In this document: positions 1-10,819 of the stretch, piece by piece | Numbering within the stretch: position 1 is the stretch's first letter | Layout of the letters: each line of letters starts with the position of its first letter | Notes under the pieces: model-generated | Database searches by the model: none | What the model was told of the DNA's origin: nothing | The model's input: only the letters and a program-made list of their open reading frames with translations | Program-made: the position numbers and the translations under genes | From: a virus | Lineage: Duplodnaviria; Caudoviricetes | IMG/VR virus record: IMGVR_UViG_3300021400_001623 | Span: 16,433-80,432 of that record | Length of the DNA: 64,000 bases | Strand: one strand, 5' to 3'

Positions 1-765
1 TACGGTCTTTGCGGCAACGTGATCGGTTGTACGAACTTTGTTGATGTTGCTTCGGAGCGTAAATTTAAGCTTGATTCAAAGCTGCAACTCGAAGGAATTC
101 GCGATATTATAGCGGATTATAACGGCGATAACCCGGATTTTGAGTATATTGATCAAATTTTAATTGATTCCGGTTCCGGTGGCGGCGGTAATCTATATGC
201 TGATGCACTATTGGATGATTGGGTAGATCACAATGGAAAATCTCATCATGGTCTTATAGATATGACAAATGAGATGTATATCCCCTATCGTAGTCGCTAT
301 CCAAATGCGGTCGATAAACTGCGAATGATAAGTCCGCGTAAATATAGAACCCAAATGGTTGAAGAATTTATCGAGTTGATGAATTTAGGGGTTATACGCT
401 TCCCATATGAATATAACGGGCAGGAATTTCTGCAGCTAATTGATGGTATAGACCCAAAAACTAAAGAAGAAGTATTAAAAACTTATCAACTATCTCAGTT
501 TGAAATGGTACATCTGGATCAGATCGACCGTATGAAAACTGAGATTTGTTATATACATAAGAGTACGAATGCGGAAGGAACGAGTGCGAGTTATGCACTG
601 GCACGCGAGAAGCAGAATACTATGCATGACGATAGATTCTATGTCATGATCCTAATGGCCCATCGTCTTTTTGAATTGCGCCGTGGAAAAGCGATGCGCA
701 CGTCCAGAGAGCAGGCGCCAAACTCTTCTGCATTTATTCAATTTAGAAAACCAAAATTATTTTAA
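1..765 (+). CDS. Terminase large subunit, C-terminal nuclease part (5' truncated)
   Basis: Frame open from base 1; RNaseH-like motifs ILIDSGSGGGG and C-terminal MHDDRF; directly upstream of portal-like gene. Confidence 0.8.
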   Translation, partial: YGLCGNVIGCTNFVDVASERKFKLDSKLQLEGIRDIIADYNGDNPDFEYIDQILIDSGSGGGGNLYADALLDDWVDHNGKSHHGLIDMTNEMYIPYRSRYPNAVDKLRMISPRKYRTQMVEEFIELMNLGVIRFPYEYNGQEFLQLIDGIDPKTKEEVLKTYQLSQFEMVHLDQIDRMKTEICYIHKSTNAEGTSASYALAREKQNTMHDDRFYVMILMAHRLFELRRGKAMRTSREQAPNSSAFIQFRKPKLF

Positions 766-782
766 GGAAGGAGGAAATATGC

Positions 783-2330
783 TTGGCTAAACGTAATGCT
801 GCGGTAAACAGGCGTAAACAGTCAACACAACGTATTGTTAAGCAGAATGATCAAGCTTTTGCGCAAGCTCAACAACAGTTTTATGAAGCATTAAATGGCT
901 TGCAGTTTGCAAATCTGATTAAGCAGACCAGTGTTACTTATACGCAATATACCAAGGAGAATTATCGTACATATATCCAAAACCCGCAGCGAAATGAGAA
1001 ACAAATGCGCGAAATGTCGCAGTTTCTTGCTCGTGTATCGACTCCTTATGTGCGTATATTGAGATACTTTAGTGATCTGTATGCGTTTTATTGGAATTTA
1101 ACTCCTAAGATTGATCCATTAGAAAAGCCGGATAGTGATGAGTTAATTACAAAATACACTGAGATGTGTAACACGATTGAGAATCTTGACCTTCCAGTTG
1201 AGATGCGTAACGTGATTTACTTCACATTGCGTGATGGTGCTTTCTATGGATATCTTTATGAGGATGATGATTCTATTTTTATTCATAGATTAAATCCGGA
1301 TTATTGTAAGCCAGTTGCTATTGAAGATGGCGTATTCAATTTTGCTTTTGATTTGTCGTATTTTGATAAATATAAGGAAGCGCTTGAAACCTGGGATGCG
1401 GAATTTACGACTATGTATAACGCATATCAGAATGATAAGACTAATATGCGATGGCAAATAGTTAACCCGGAACGATCAATTTGTATGAAAGCTTATCCCG
1501 ACTTAGATGAGGTCATTCCATTCTTTGTTGGTATGTTTGAGGCATTGCTTGATCTGATTGATGCCAGAACATTACAGAGGAATAAGGATGTTATCCAGAA
1601 TTATAAGCTAATCTTGCAAAAGATTCCGTTTTTTGAGGCTGGCAGCGCTAAAGATTTAGATGACTTCCGGCTGCGTTTACAAACGGTACAGAAGTTCGCG
1701 GCTGAAATGGCCGATAGTGTACCAGAGGCAGTCGGTGTTGCTACTACTCCGATGGAAGTTGACACAGTTGACTTTAAGCCGGATGACAACTCTAATGATC
1801 TTGTGGCTACATCTATGAAGAACGTTTTTAATGATTCCGGCGTTTCGATGATGCTCTTCAATTCGCAGACATCTGGCTCAACTGGGGTTGAAATGTCGGT
1901 GAAGGTTGATACATCATTGGCATGGACATATGTACAATACCTTGAGCGTTGGGTGCGCCGTTTCATATCTTATCGTACATCTTCTATTGATTTCAATTTT
2001 GAAATCTTAGATGTTCATATCTTTAACAAAGATGCTGCGGTTGATCGCGAGGTAAAGCTTGCGCAATCCGGTGTACCTAACAAAATGAAGTTAGCCGCTT
2101 CATCTGGCATGTCTCCTGTTGAAGTTATCTCTAATCAGATTTGGGAGAATGAGTATCTGCAGATCCATATGAATTGGATTCCGCTTCAAACTTCCTACAC
2201 CCTTTCTGGCGATCAAGGTCGTCCAGCAGATGGTGAGACTGATGATGTAACAGCGACAGATACGAACGGGACTACAAAAGATTCCGGCGAACAGCCGACT
2301 GATGAGCCAGTTGAAGGTGCTGATGAATAA
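783..2330 (+). CDS. Portal protein (SPbeta-like)
   Basis: 515 aa after terminase; acidic tail; position in head module. Confidence 0.75.
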   Translation: MAKRNAAVNRRKQSTQRIVKQNDQAFAQAQQQFYEALNGLQFANLIKQTSVTYTQYTKENYRTYIQNPQRNEKQMREMSQFLARVSTPYVRILRYFSDLYAFYWNLTPKIDPLEKPDSDELITKYTEMCNTIENLDLPVEMRNVIYFTLRDGAFYGYLYEDDDSIFIHRLNPDYCKPVAIEDGVFNFAFDLSYFDKYKEALETWDAEFTTMYNAYQNDKTNMRWQIVNPERSICMKAYPDLDEVIPFFVGMFEALLDLIDARTLQRNKDVIQNYKLILQKIPFFEAGSAKDLDDFRLRLQTVQKFAAEMADSVPEAVGVATTPMEVDTVDFKPDDNSNDLVATSMKNVFNDSGVSMMLFNSQTSGSTGVEMSVKVDTSLAWTYVQYLERWVRRFISYRTSSIDFNFEILDVHIFNKDAAVDREVKLAQSGVPNKMKLAASSGMSPVEVISNQIWENEYLQIHMNWIPLQTSYTLSGDQGRPADGETDDVTATDTNGTTKDSGEQPTDEPVEGADE

Positions 2331-2333
2331 GGG

Positions 2334-2516
2334 GTGATGATATTGTTTGTATATACGAAAAACCCGGATGTAATTGAGCGATTAGAAAAAGATGGCGCTC
2401 AATTACTACAAACAAAACAAGATGGAACCAAAGTGTTCGCTCTCTCCCCTACTTCGAATTATTGGTTCTTTGAGAATAAATCAGAGACCATAATTTCAGA
2501 TAGATTGACATTTTAG
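2334..2516 (+). CDS. Small hypothetical head-module protein
   Basis: 60-aa ORF between portal and protease/scaffold. Confidence 0.55.
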   Translation: MMILFVYTKNPDVIERLEKDGAQLLQTKQDGTKVFALSPTSNYWFFENKSETIISDRLTF

Positions 2517-2572
2517 CCAGCATTAGCTGGTCTTTTTATTTGACTTTGAAGAAGGGAGGGAAACGAGAAACC

Positions 2573-4168
2573 TTGGAAAAGCAAAAAATGTCTATCCAGT
2601 TTAGCTCTGCCCTCTCCGATATTATTGAGATTAACCCGTCTTTTGACGCGGCTAAGCTGAGGGTTGCGTATACTGGAAAGAATCGCAACAATACTTTTAT
2701 TTCCAAAGAGACGTTTGAGCGCGCTATTCCAACTATGTTTAACGTTCCTGTCGTTGCTAATTATATGCGCGATAAGGATGAGATCGGTTCACATGATGGT
2801 GAATGGGTTAAAGATGAAAATGGTGATAGTAAGTATGTAATGATTACACAACCCGTTGGCGTTGTGCCCGAATCCGCACAGTGGTATTGGGAAGATGTGT
2901 CTGATAATGGCGTAATGCATCAATACTTCTGCACTGAGGTAGTGTTGTGGAAGCGCCAGGAAGCATATCAGAAAATAAAAGACAATGGCGTTACAAGTCA
3001 TTCTATGGAGATTGAAGTAACGGACGGCAAGATGCTGGACGATTATTATAATATTAAGGATTTCAATTATACGGCGTTTTGTCTGCTTGGCAGCGCAAAG
3101 CCGTGTTTTGAAAGCAGCGCGTTATTCACCTTCTCTGATGAAGAGCAGGAGAATTTCAAGCTGGAATATACGCAGATGCTGAAAGAATTGAAGGAGCTTG
3201 GCGGCTCTTTCTCTGAAGAAGATAAGGAGGCTAACTTGAAGCTGAAAGAACTTCTTGAACAGTATTCTGTATCAATTGAGGATGTTACTTTCGACACTGA
3301 TGGCCTGTCTGACGAAGAGCTTGAAGCCAAGTTCGCGGAAATGTTTGACGGCGAATCTGATGGTGAAGGCGCTGATGATCCCGCAGCTGATGATCCCGCA
3401 GCTGATGATGCTTCGGCTGAGGATGATCAAACCGAAGATCCTGCGCCAGCAGATGATGAAGGTGACGATATCGACTATGACAATGAGGAAGATGGCGGCG
3501 AAGGTGAAACCTCCATTAAGAAACCGGAAGAATTTGTTCTGGATTCCCAGATGAGAGATACACTTTATGCAGCTGTTCGCGACATCGCATCTCTGGAAGA
3601 TGACTGGGGCGCTTATCCGCGCTACTTTGTTGCCGACTATGATGCTGAGGCAAGCGAGGTCTACTTTATTGATATGGCTGATGGCAAGCTGTATGGATGT
3701 GGATACACATTTGACGGCGATGATATCGTAATTGATGCGGAAAATATCGTACGCAAAAAGTACGAAATTGTTGATTATGTTGAAGGCAGTGGTGAGCAGA
3801 TGTTTGCGTTTGATGGTCTGTTTGAAGCATTTAAGAATGCTTATGTTGCAGATCCGATCGATGCTGATGAATTTAAGCGTCTGCAGGATTTTGAAGCCAG
3901 CACGCTGAAGGCGGCGCGTGAGGCCGAAGAGTCTAAGCTCTTTGCTGAATTCGAAGATCAACTAAAAGAAAATGACAACTTTACAGACCTGAAAGAGCAT
4001 GCTTCTGATTATACAATCGAAGAGCTTCGTAAGGAACTGTTTGCTTTGGTCGGTCAGATGAATTTTGCGGCTAAGAATGATAAGAAGTTCGCGCCGGGAA
4101 TCATTTTTGAAGACAAACCAAAGAATTCATCCATGAGAAAATTGTTCGCATGGAAGGATAACGAATAA
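2573..4168 (+). CDS. Prohead protease/scaffold fusion
   Basis: N-terminal protease-like domain (SHSMEI), very acidic linker, helical C-terminus; SD GGGAGGG at 2554-2560 favours TTG 2573 (ORF track starts 2540). Confidence 0.65.
   Translation: MEKQKMSIQFSSALSDIIEINPSFDAAKLRVAYTGKNRNNTFISKETFERAIPTMFNVPVVANYMRDKDEIGSHDGEWVKDENGDSKYVMITQPVGVVPESAQWYWEDVSDNGVMHQYFCTEVVLWKRQEAYQKIKDNGVTSHSMEIEVTDGKMLDDYYNIKDFNYTAFCLLGSAKPCFESSALFTFSDEEQENFKLEYTQMLKELKELGGSFSEEDKEANLKLKELLEQYSVSIEDVTFDTDGLSDEELEAKFAEMFDGESDGEGADDPAADDPAADDASAEDDQTEDPAPADDEGDDIDYDNEEDGGEGETSIKKPEEFVLDSQMRDTLYAAVRDIASLEDDWGAYPRYFVADYDAEASEVYFIDMADGKLYGCGYTFDGDDIVIDAENIVRKKYEIVDYVEGSGEQMFAFDGLFEAFKNAYVADPIDADEFKRLQDFEASTLKAAREAEESKLFAEFEDQLKENDNFTDLKEHASDYTIEELRKELFALVGQMNFAAKNDKKFAPGIIFEDKPKNSSMRKLFAWKDNE
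3371..3410 (+). repeat. 15-bp coding tandem repeat (ADDPA x ~2.6)
   Basis: gctgatgatcccgca twice plus gctgatgatg. Confidence 0.9.
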
Positions 4169-4189
4169 TTAATTTATTTATAATCGCCT

Positions 4190-4219
4190 ATCGCTCATTC
4201 ATGTGAGCGATTTTTTATT
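4190..4219 (+). terminator. Intrinsic terminator
   Basis: atcgctca/tgagcgat stem then T tract. Confidence 0.7.
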
Positions 4220-4234
4220 GGAGGAAATTAAAAA

Positions 4235-4768
4235 ATGGCAAGAACTAAGTATGGTTATGCCGAGAGTTCTGAGATTAAGGCCACGAATGCTGGTCATATT
4301 GTCAGCGGTGTAAACGCTGATAATGCGATTGAGAATGGTACGCTCTGGATTCTTGGCGAAAAGACTTCCGGTAGTGATGAAATTTATAAGGTTACAAAGC
4401 CTACAGCTACATCTGCCGGAGTATGGCTGGCTCTGTCCGCTCTGTATGCTTATGATACTTCTACAACTCTTGGACAGCATGAAATGTATCTTAGAAAAGA
4501 AGCAGGTGAAGCTGCAAGAATGTATGAGCTGGTTAAGTATGATAGATATGCTATCGCGGATTATATGATCACTGCTCTGAGCAGCACAACTGGTCCTGTT
4601 GTTGGAAATTATCTGATTCCGAAGACGGATGGAACTTATACTGAAGTTTCTAAGGGAACTGATCAGAGTCCGACCGATATTTCTAGTTACGGTTTCGTTG
4701 CGAAGATCAACAGTATTGAACACAAGTCCAATCTGACGATCGTTCGTATCGAAGTGGTGAAGAACTAA
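4235..4768 (+). CDS. Head decoration/cement protein
   Basis: 177 aa between scaffold and major capsid; strong SD GGAGG. Confidence 0.55.
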   Translation: MARTKYGYAESSEIKATNAGHIVSGVNADNAIENGTLWILGEKTSGSDEIYKVTKPTATSAGVWLALSALYAYDTSTTLGQHEMYLRKEAGEAARMYELVKYDRYAIADYMITALSSTTGPVVGNYLIPKTDGTYTEVSKGTDQSPTDISSYGFVAKINSIEHKSNLTIVRIEVVKN

Positions 4769-4795
4769 GGCTAAGAGCAGAAGGAGGTAAACATA

Positions 4796-5818
4796 ATGAA
4801 AGAAATTACGATTCTTATGACCAACACTGCTCTTGGTAAGCAGGTTGAGAATTATAGCCTGGAAGATTCCAACACAGCTATTAGAAAGTATTTTGAGACT
4901 GAGCTGGGTATTCCGGAAGGCTGCAAGGATATGCGCGTTATTAAGAAGGCGCTAAGAAGGAATAAGGTTAGATTCTTTGAAATTATTGAAGAGACAGTTG
5001 AAAATCTACTGGTTTCTGGCTGGAGAGAGAATGAGTTCTTCCAGAGCTTCGTAGAGTTTAGAAATCTGGCTCTGGGCGAGACTAACCTGTTCTATGTGCC
5101 GGATGAGTCTATTCTGACTGTATCTGAGTTTTCTGGAGATCACAATGAGCTGATTAGACAGAAGCTTGGAGCTGGCAGAGAGTATCCGGTTGCTACAAGA
5201 GCATACGGCATCAAGATTTATGATGAGTATGTTAGATTCCAGATGGGAATCATTGACTGGGCTGGCTTCACCAACAAGATGTATGAGGCTATTGACAAGA
5301 AGATTAATGATGATATCTACGCTTCTTTCCTGCAGCTGGATCAGATCGTTCCGGCAAGCTTTGGCAAGACTGGCGCGCTGACAAAGGCTAATGTGCTGGA
5401 TCTGGCTGAGGCTGTTAGCATTGCTAATGGTGGCGAGAATGTTATGATTTGCGGCACAAGAACTGCAATCAGTAAGCTGATGGGGCTGACTGAGGCTGGA
5501 TGGATTTCAAACCAGATGAAGGAGCAGAGAAACACAACTGGTTCTGTTGCTTACTTTGAAGGAATCCAGACCATGGTAGTTCCAAACGTCTTTGAACAGG
5601 GAACAACCACTAAGAAGTACCAGGATGACACCCTGTTCTTCCTGCCGATGTCTGATGTTAAGCCGATCAAGTTCGTCTATGAGGGCGACATGGAATATAC
5701 TGAGGATACTGAAAGAACTACAAGACGTGATCAGACCATCGAGGCTATGATTCAGTTCAGAGCTGGTATGACCACTGTATTTGGCAGATACTTCGGTACC
5801 TACAAGTTCACCAGCTAA
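4796..5818 (+). CDS. Major capsid protein
   Basis: 340 aa, strong SD AGGAGG, followed by terminator; position and SPbeta-like capsid features. Confidence 0.8.
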   Translation: MKEITILMTNTALGKQVENYSLEDSNTAIRKYFETELGIPEGCKDMRVIKKALRRNKVRFFEIIEETVENLLVSGWRENEFFQSFVEFRNLALGETNLFYVPDESILTVSEFSGDHNELIRQKLGAGREYPVATRAYGIKIYDEYVRFQMGIIDWAGFTNKMYEAIDKKINDDIYASFLQLDQIVPASFGKTGALTKANVLDLAEAVSIANGGENVMICGTRTAISKLMGLTEAGWISNQMKEQRNTTGSVAYFEGIQTMVVPNVFEQGTTTKKYQDDTLFFLPMSDVKPIKFVYEGDMEYTEDTERTTRRDQTIEAMIQFRAGMTTVFGRYFGTYKFTS

Positions 5819-5835
5819 TTGAATTTATATATTGC

Positions 5836-5860
5836 GGGCGGGGTCTTCCCCGCCCTTTTA
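5836..5860 (+). terminator. Intrinsic terminator after capsid gene
   Basis: gggcgggg-tctt-ccccgccc-tttt. Confidence 0.75.
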
Positions 5861-5883
5861 ATAGAGAAAAGGAGTTAATATAA

Positions 5884-6453
5884 ATGGCCGAAGAGAAAAA
5901 GACTAAGGCAAAGAAGTCAACCGCAAAGAAACCGGCGGCGAAGAAGGCGCCAGCTAAAAAAACTGCCACGAAGCCTTCTGAGCCAAAGCTAGCCGAAAAA
6001 AGCTTTGATATGAATACACCAATTCGTTGTCGCAGTGTTAGACAGAATGATCTGATTTACGTTGCATCTAACGGAATTACCTATACGTGGAATGGATTTG
6101 GCGATCTGCGCGAGCTTCCATATCAGGAAGTTGTGTCTATGAAAAGTAGACGTTCTAAATTCCTATATGAGCCATGGCTGATTATTGAGGATGATGATCT
6201 GTTAAACAGTAAAATGTTTGCTGGCGAATTCGATGATATGTATAAAATCTATAAAGAATTCGAAGATCCTAAGACGTTCTTTAGTAAGAAGCCGAGTGAG
6301 ATCAAAGAAGTGCTAAAAAACGCACCAAATGGTCTGCGTGACTTAATCGTCTATAATGCTGGTAGGTATATTGACGAAGGTGTACTTGATAGTATCGGAG
6401 TAGTTAATGCGATTGATGATGTTCTTGGTACTCAATTAAGAATGTTACTGTAA
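5884..6453 (+). CDS. Conserved virion-module protein with K/A-rich N-terminus
   Basis: 189 aa immediately after capsid, SD GGAG. Confidence 0.6.
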   Translation: MAEEKKTKAKKSTAKKPAAKKAPAKKTATKPSEPKLAEKSFDMNTPIRCRSVRQNDLIYVASNGITYTWNGFGDLRELPYQEVVSMKSRRSKFLYEPWLIIEDDDLLNSKMFAGEFDDMYKIYKEFEDPKTFFSKKPSEIKEVLKNAPNGLRDLIVYNAGRYIDEGVLDSIGVVNAIDDVLGTQLRMLL

Positions 6454-6459
6454 GGAGGT

Positions 6460-7398
6460 GTGGCGCTTTTGAGCACTTCCTACAATACAATTTATACGTC
6501 TTTTTTATCAAAGATTGTTGATTTTGATTTGCCGGAGTTAACAGATGATGAGTTGAAAACATATTGCAATCGCTTTATGGAGTCTGCCATTATTAAGTTG
6601 CCGGAGATTGTAAATGATTTATCCGAGCGTGAGGTGCTTGAGCCTGAGATTATTACTGAGGTGGAGCCGACTGAGGAAGAAGAGCCTACAGTTGAGACGC
6701 CGGAGGAGCCTGAAGAAAATGGTGGAGAGCAGACAGAGACTATCGAGAAAACAACTTATGTTCTTTATTTAGACGAGTCTGCTTATGGTCGTTTTACATA
6801 TACAGTGCCGGACTTAAAGAAGTTAGTTGCGAATGAATCAAGCTTCACGTTATTTATACGTGTTAGTAATTTTATTAAATTAATCACATTTACACGTGGT
6901 ACTACAGAAACAAAAGATTGTGTGATTCATAATAATTTCTCTTGCACGATTGCTTATGATGGTGTCGATCAATTGGTGTTTTCCAATTTAAGCTCAAATG
7001 CGGTGAATTATAAGTTACTTTATATTACTTATGATACGCCAAATACCGAGCCAGTTGAAGAGCCAGTTGTTGATCCTACCCCCATTACCATTAATGACGA
7101 GATGCAGAATGTTATTGATAACGAGGGCGTTATTGAGGCAGAAGAAGTATTTACTGCCGATTTGACTGGCCTCGAAATAGAGATTATTGCATCTCAGATG
7201 GTCGTTGAGTGGATCAATAATGAGCTAAATAATACTCAATTAACTCGGATGTTTGTTGGTACCAAAGATGAATCAATGTCTTCTCAGGCTAATCATATTG
7301 AGAAATTAACAACTTTGAAAGAAAAGCGTCGCGCGGATGTATCTATGATGATCCGTGATTATGCTTATCGAGAATGGGTTAAGGAGGCGGTACAGTAA
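6460..7398 (+). CDS. Putative head-tail connector with inserted domain
   Basis: Helical N- and C-terminal parts separated by Glu/Pro linkers flanking a beta-rich segment. Confidence 0.5.
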   Translation: MALLSTSYNTIYTSFLSKIVDFDLPELTDDELKTYCNRFMESAIIKLPEIVNDLSEREVLEPEIITEVEPTEEEEPTVETPEEPEENGGEQTETIEKTTYVLYLDESAYGRFTYTVPDLKKLVANESSFTLFIRVSNFIKLITFTRGTTETKDCVIHNNFSCTIAYDGVDQLVFSNLSSNAVNYKLLYITYDTPNTEPVEEPVVDPTPITINDEMQNVIDNEGVIEAEEVFTADLTGLEIEIIASQMVVEWINNELNNTQLTRMFVGTKDESMSSQANHIEKLTTLKEKRRADVSMMIRDYAYREWVKEAVQ

Positions 7399-7706
7399 TG
7401 CACACAAAATATGGAAATTACTCAAACCTCTCATTCTCTGATTATAAGAAATCCCTTATTGACCGTATATGGTGTTTAATTCCTTTGCGCGAAGAGCATT
7501 GCAAAACGATAGATCGCAATGTTGAACGTATTAATCGTGAACTTAATGGTCTACTTACTGTAAGCGGCGTAGAGGATAAATATATTATCACTGTTATTCA
7601 TCTATTAGAGCATTCGGTACATGAAGAAGACTTCTCTGTGTATCGTTCAGACATCCTTCGCTGCTGTGAACTTGTTAAGAAGATCGGCGGTGATGATAAT
7701 GTTTGA
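7398..7706 (+). CDS. Hypothetical neck-module protein
   Basis: 102-aa ORF coupled to neighbours. Confidence 0.6.
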   Translation: MHTKYGNYSNLSFSDYKKSLIDRIWCLIPLREEHCKTIDRNVERINRELNGLLTVSGVEDKYIITVIHLLEHSVHEEDFSVYRSDILRCCELVKKIGGDDNV

Positions 7707-8754
7707 GGAATATAGAAATCGCATGGATCGTCGTGGCGGAAATATTCGTCAAGCAAATCGTAATCAATCCATTAAGATTATGGAAAATAGTTTTGATATA
7801 TCACAAACATATCGCCAGGTTTTTATTGGCAGTGAAGATGGTGAGCCTGTAGATGCACGGATTACTGGAGGTTCAGCGACTACTATTCGTGGTGGTACTG
7901 GTAACTATGAAATTATGTTCCGTGATGGAGTTTATTATCCGGCTGGCACATATGTTTTTGTTGAAGATGCTGAAGGCAAACCGGAACCATGGATGATTAT
8001 GTACATTTCAGATGATGCTATGTTTCCACGACATATTTTGCGCAAATGCAACTATCTACTCAAATGGAAGAATAGTAGCGGCGACATTATTGAGCGTTGG
8101 TGTGTATTCTCAGATAATCAGCGGCTCATTAACGGCGAGCGAAATGTAGATTGGAACAGGTTAATTCTGTCGTCTTATTCTACTGTAATTTACTTACCGT
8201 GTGATCCTGAGACGATTAATGTGAGAATGGATAAACGATTCCTCATCGACCATCCAGATGCTGAAGGTAATCCAGAGGCATGGATTGTCCGTAATAGGAA
8301 TGTTAATTCGAAAATCTTTGATGGATATGATGGTGTAATCGAATTAGCGATTGCACGACATCAATTCAATCATAACACTGATAGCAAGGAATTAATGGTT
8401 GCTAATTATTATAGCGAAACGCCAATACCAGAAGAGTTTGACGATGATAATGAATATGAGATTAGAATTACATATAAAAACTCGCCTGATTTAAAAATGG
8501 ATACTCCATTTAAGAATTATAAAGCGGAATTTCAAGTTAATGGTGAGCCAGATGATACGTTAACGGCTACTTGGGATGTGATTCTAAATGACGAATTTGC
8601 CGATAAATTCACATATGAGTCGGTTGGCAATATATTTAAAATTAAATGTTCATATGATGGGTTGATGATGGGTTCATTCATAAGAATTATTGCTGCCAAT
8701 GAAGAACATGGCATTTCTGCTGAATTGCCCGTAAAGGTGGTGAGTAGTATCTAA
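7699..8754 (+). CDS. Putative head closure/adaptor protein
   Basis: ATG 7699 after GGTGA SD (ORF track starts 7621); neck position, beta-rich. Confidence 0.5.
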   Translation: MFEEYRNRMDRRGGNIRQANRNQSIKIMENSFDISQTYRQVFIGSEDGEPVDARITGGSATTIRGGTGNYEIMFRDGVYYPAGTYVFVEDAEGKPEPWMIMYISDDAMFPRHILRKCNYLLKWKNSSGDIIERWCVFSDNQRLINGERNVDWNRLILSSYSTVIYLPCDPETINVRMDKRFLIDHPDAEGNPEAWIVRNRNVNSKIFDGYDGVIELAIARHQFNHNTDSKELMVANYYSETPIPEEFDDDNEYEIRITYKNSPDLKMDTPFKNYKAEFQVNGEPDDTLTATWDVILNDEFADKFTYESVGNIFKIKCSYDGLMMGSFIRIIAANEEHGISAELPVKVVSSI

Positions 8755-9245
8755 TGGCAAGTCATGATAAAAAAGTTGCTATGAATACAGAGCTTTACAA
8801 TTATAAACGTAAAGTGATTGCCGCCATACTGAGCCAAGATGAGATTGTCGAGGCTTTAAATTCAGAAGAAGATCCAAGTGAACTTGTATACACCTGCGTA
8901 TTCCCATATGGTGTTATCCCAGATACACAAATGGATGCCAAGTGTTATATAACGGTTGAAATAACAATGCCGCAGGTTTCCACGGTAAATTACTTCTTTA
9001 AGGATGTCCTGCTAGTCATCAATGTAGTCTGCCATAACGATTTAATGCGTACTGATTATGGAATTCCAAGGCATGATTATATTTCAGCTAAGATTTGTGA
9101 GCTGTTGAATTTCTCAACAGACCTTGGATACGGTGAACTTCAGCTTGTGTCTAATACTGAAGGCGCATTTTCAGAACGTCATTCTGGGCGTACAATGCGT
9201 TTTAAGACTTCCGAACAGGCGGCAGCTGCTGGATACTGCGCATAG
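8754..9245 (+). CDS. Putative tail terminator/completion protein
   Basis: 163 aa, position before tail genes. Confidence 0.45.
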   Translation: MASHDKKVAMNTELYNYKRKVIAAILSQDEIVEALNSEEDPSELVYTCVFPYGVIPDTQMDAKCYITVEITMPQVSTVNYFFKDVLLVINVVCHNDLMRTDYGIPRHDYISAKICELLNFSTDLGYGELQLVSNTEGAFSERHSGRTMRFKTSEQAAAAGYCA

Positions 9246-9253
9246 GTGGCTAT

Positions 9254-9985
9254 ATGGATCAGCTGCTTTTAATGCGCGGGAATCCGTATCATATTTCAAA
9301 ATATATCTGCATTAACAACCCTACAATTGGTCAAATAGCAGAATATGGCGAAGAAAATTATTGGAGCATGGTTACTGAAATATGTTCAACTTCTTACGAT
9401 TATCGACTAATGCTTGAAGAGGCAGGAATCGACTATTTGGAAATTGATGATTATACCATGTTCCGTACTACATGTCATGGTTTAACACCTGATATGACAA
9501 GTATCTTAATCCCAGATTTGGATTTTACAAAATTAATAGCTGCACAAAATACTGATGGACGTATTGTGATGATCAATCAAGAAGGTGAAATCGTTCTCGA
9601 TGAATTTATCTATCAGCTTATGGTTGATTACATCCGTAGTGTACACAGTATCGAGCGCAATTTTGAGATCCCAGGTAATAAAGCAGCGCGTGATGTTTTT
9701 ATGTGGGAGGCACGTGAAGCACGGCAAAATGCCGGACGTAAAAAGTTTAAATCAATGCTTGCCCCACTTGTATCTGCGATGTGTAATTGTGAAGGATTCA
9801 AGTATAATTTTGATACTGTCTGGGATTTAAATATATATGTATTTATGGATGCGGTTAAACGTATTCAGAAAATAAATGCAGCAAATCACTTCTTGAATGG
9901 CATGTACTCAGGAATGATGGATGTTTCTAAGATGGGTAAGGCTGCTATTAAAAAGGAAACTGATTGGTTAGGCGAGCTTAAATAG
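9254..9985 (+). CDS. Conserved tail-module protein
   Basis: 243-aa ORF with SD GGTGG. Confidence 0.55.
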   Translation: MDQLLLMRGNPYHISKYICINNPTIGQIAEYGEENYWSMVTEICSTSYDYRLMLEEAGIDYLEIDDYTMFRTTCHGLTPDMTSILIPDLDFTKLIAAQNTDGRIVMINQEGEIVLDEFIYQLMVDYIRSVHSIERNFEIPGNKAARDVFMWEAREARQNAGRKKFKSMLAPLVSAMCNCEGFKYNFDTVWDLNIYVFMDAVKRIQKINAANHFLNGMYSGMMDVSKMGKAAIKKETDWLGELK

Positions 9986-9999
9986 CTCGTTATTTTTTT
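9973..9999 (+). terminator. Intrinsic terminator
   Basis: cgagct/agctcg stem then T tract. Confidence 0.55.
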
Positions 10000-10018
10000 A
10001 GAAAGGAAGAGATTTAAT

Positions 10019-10801
10019 ATGGCTCTGAATATTGATAACCTTATTATCGATAGAGCGCTGTCTGGCTCCATGATCGATAGATCGACAGGCGAAGCACTGT
10101 ACTCCCTGAACCAGATCGCTGATCCTTCGCTCGAATGTACTGGTGAACAGGTTTATGTAACTGACGCTGTTGGTGTTAGAGTTGCTGCGTTTGACCGTTC
10201 TAAGGAAGCTACACTGAGCGGAACCAATGCATTCTTCAACCTGGGTCTGGCTGCTACACAGTTTGGTACAAAGAAGAAGACTGCTGATTCTACAAATACT
10301 ATTATCGTTCCGGTTAGAGAAGCGCACACTGTTGCTGCAAATCATACTGTGGAACTCGATAATACTCCGATTTTAACTGAAGTTCTGTCTGTAAACCTTG
10401 CTACTAAGGATGGTGGTATTACACAGACATTAACAAAGGCTGATACAGCTGCTGCTGGTAAATTCTCCATTAACGGTAAAGTAATCACTTTCCATACTGA
10501 TATTGAGGAAGGCCAGAGCGTCATCGTTCTATACAGAAAGAATTCTGAGTCTGCTATTCAGATCGACAACCAGGCTGATGCTTTCACGAAGGGTGGAGAG
10601 TTCTGGCTTGAAGTTCTGTTCTGTGACATCTGCGATACTAACACTAAGTATCATGGATTCCTCGTCTTCCCGAATGGTAAGATGACGAATGAAACAACTA
10701 TCGACTTCAATAATGAAGCTACTCATGGTTTCACTATCGAAGCTATGCAGGACTACTGCGACGTTGATAAGAAGCTTTTCTATATCGTAGTTTCTGAGTA
10801 A
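10019..10801 (+). CDS. Major tail (tube) protein
   Basis: 260 aa, strong SD, highly expressed-type codon use like the capsid gene, beta-rich. Confidence 0.65.
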   Translation: MALNIDNLIIDRALSGSMIDRSTGEALYSLNQIADPSLECTGEQVYVTDAVGVRVAAFDRSKEATLSGTNAFFNLGLAATQFGTKKKTADSTNTIIVPVREAHTVAANHTVELDNTPILTEVLSVNLATKDGGITQTLTKADTAAAGKFSINGKVITFHTDIEEGQSVIVLYRKNSESAIQIDNQADAFTKGGEFWLEVLFCDICDTNTKYHGFLVFPNGKMTNETTIDFNNEATHGFTIEAMQDYCDVDKKLFYIVVSE

Positions 10802-10819
10802 TTTATCACTAGGTGGTGA

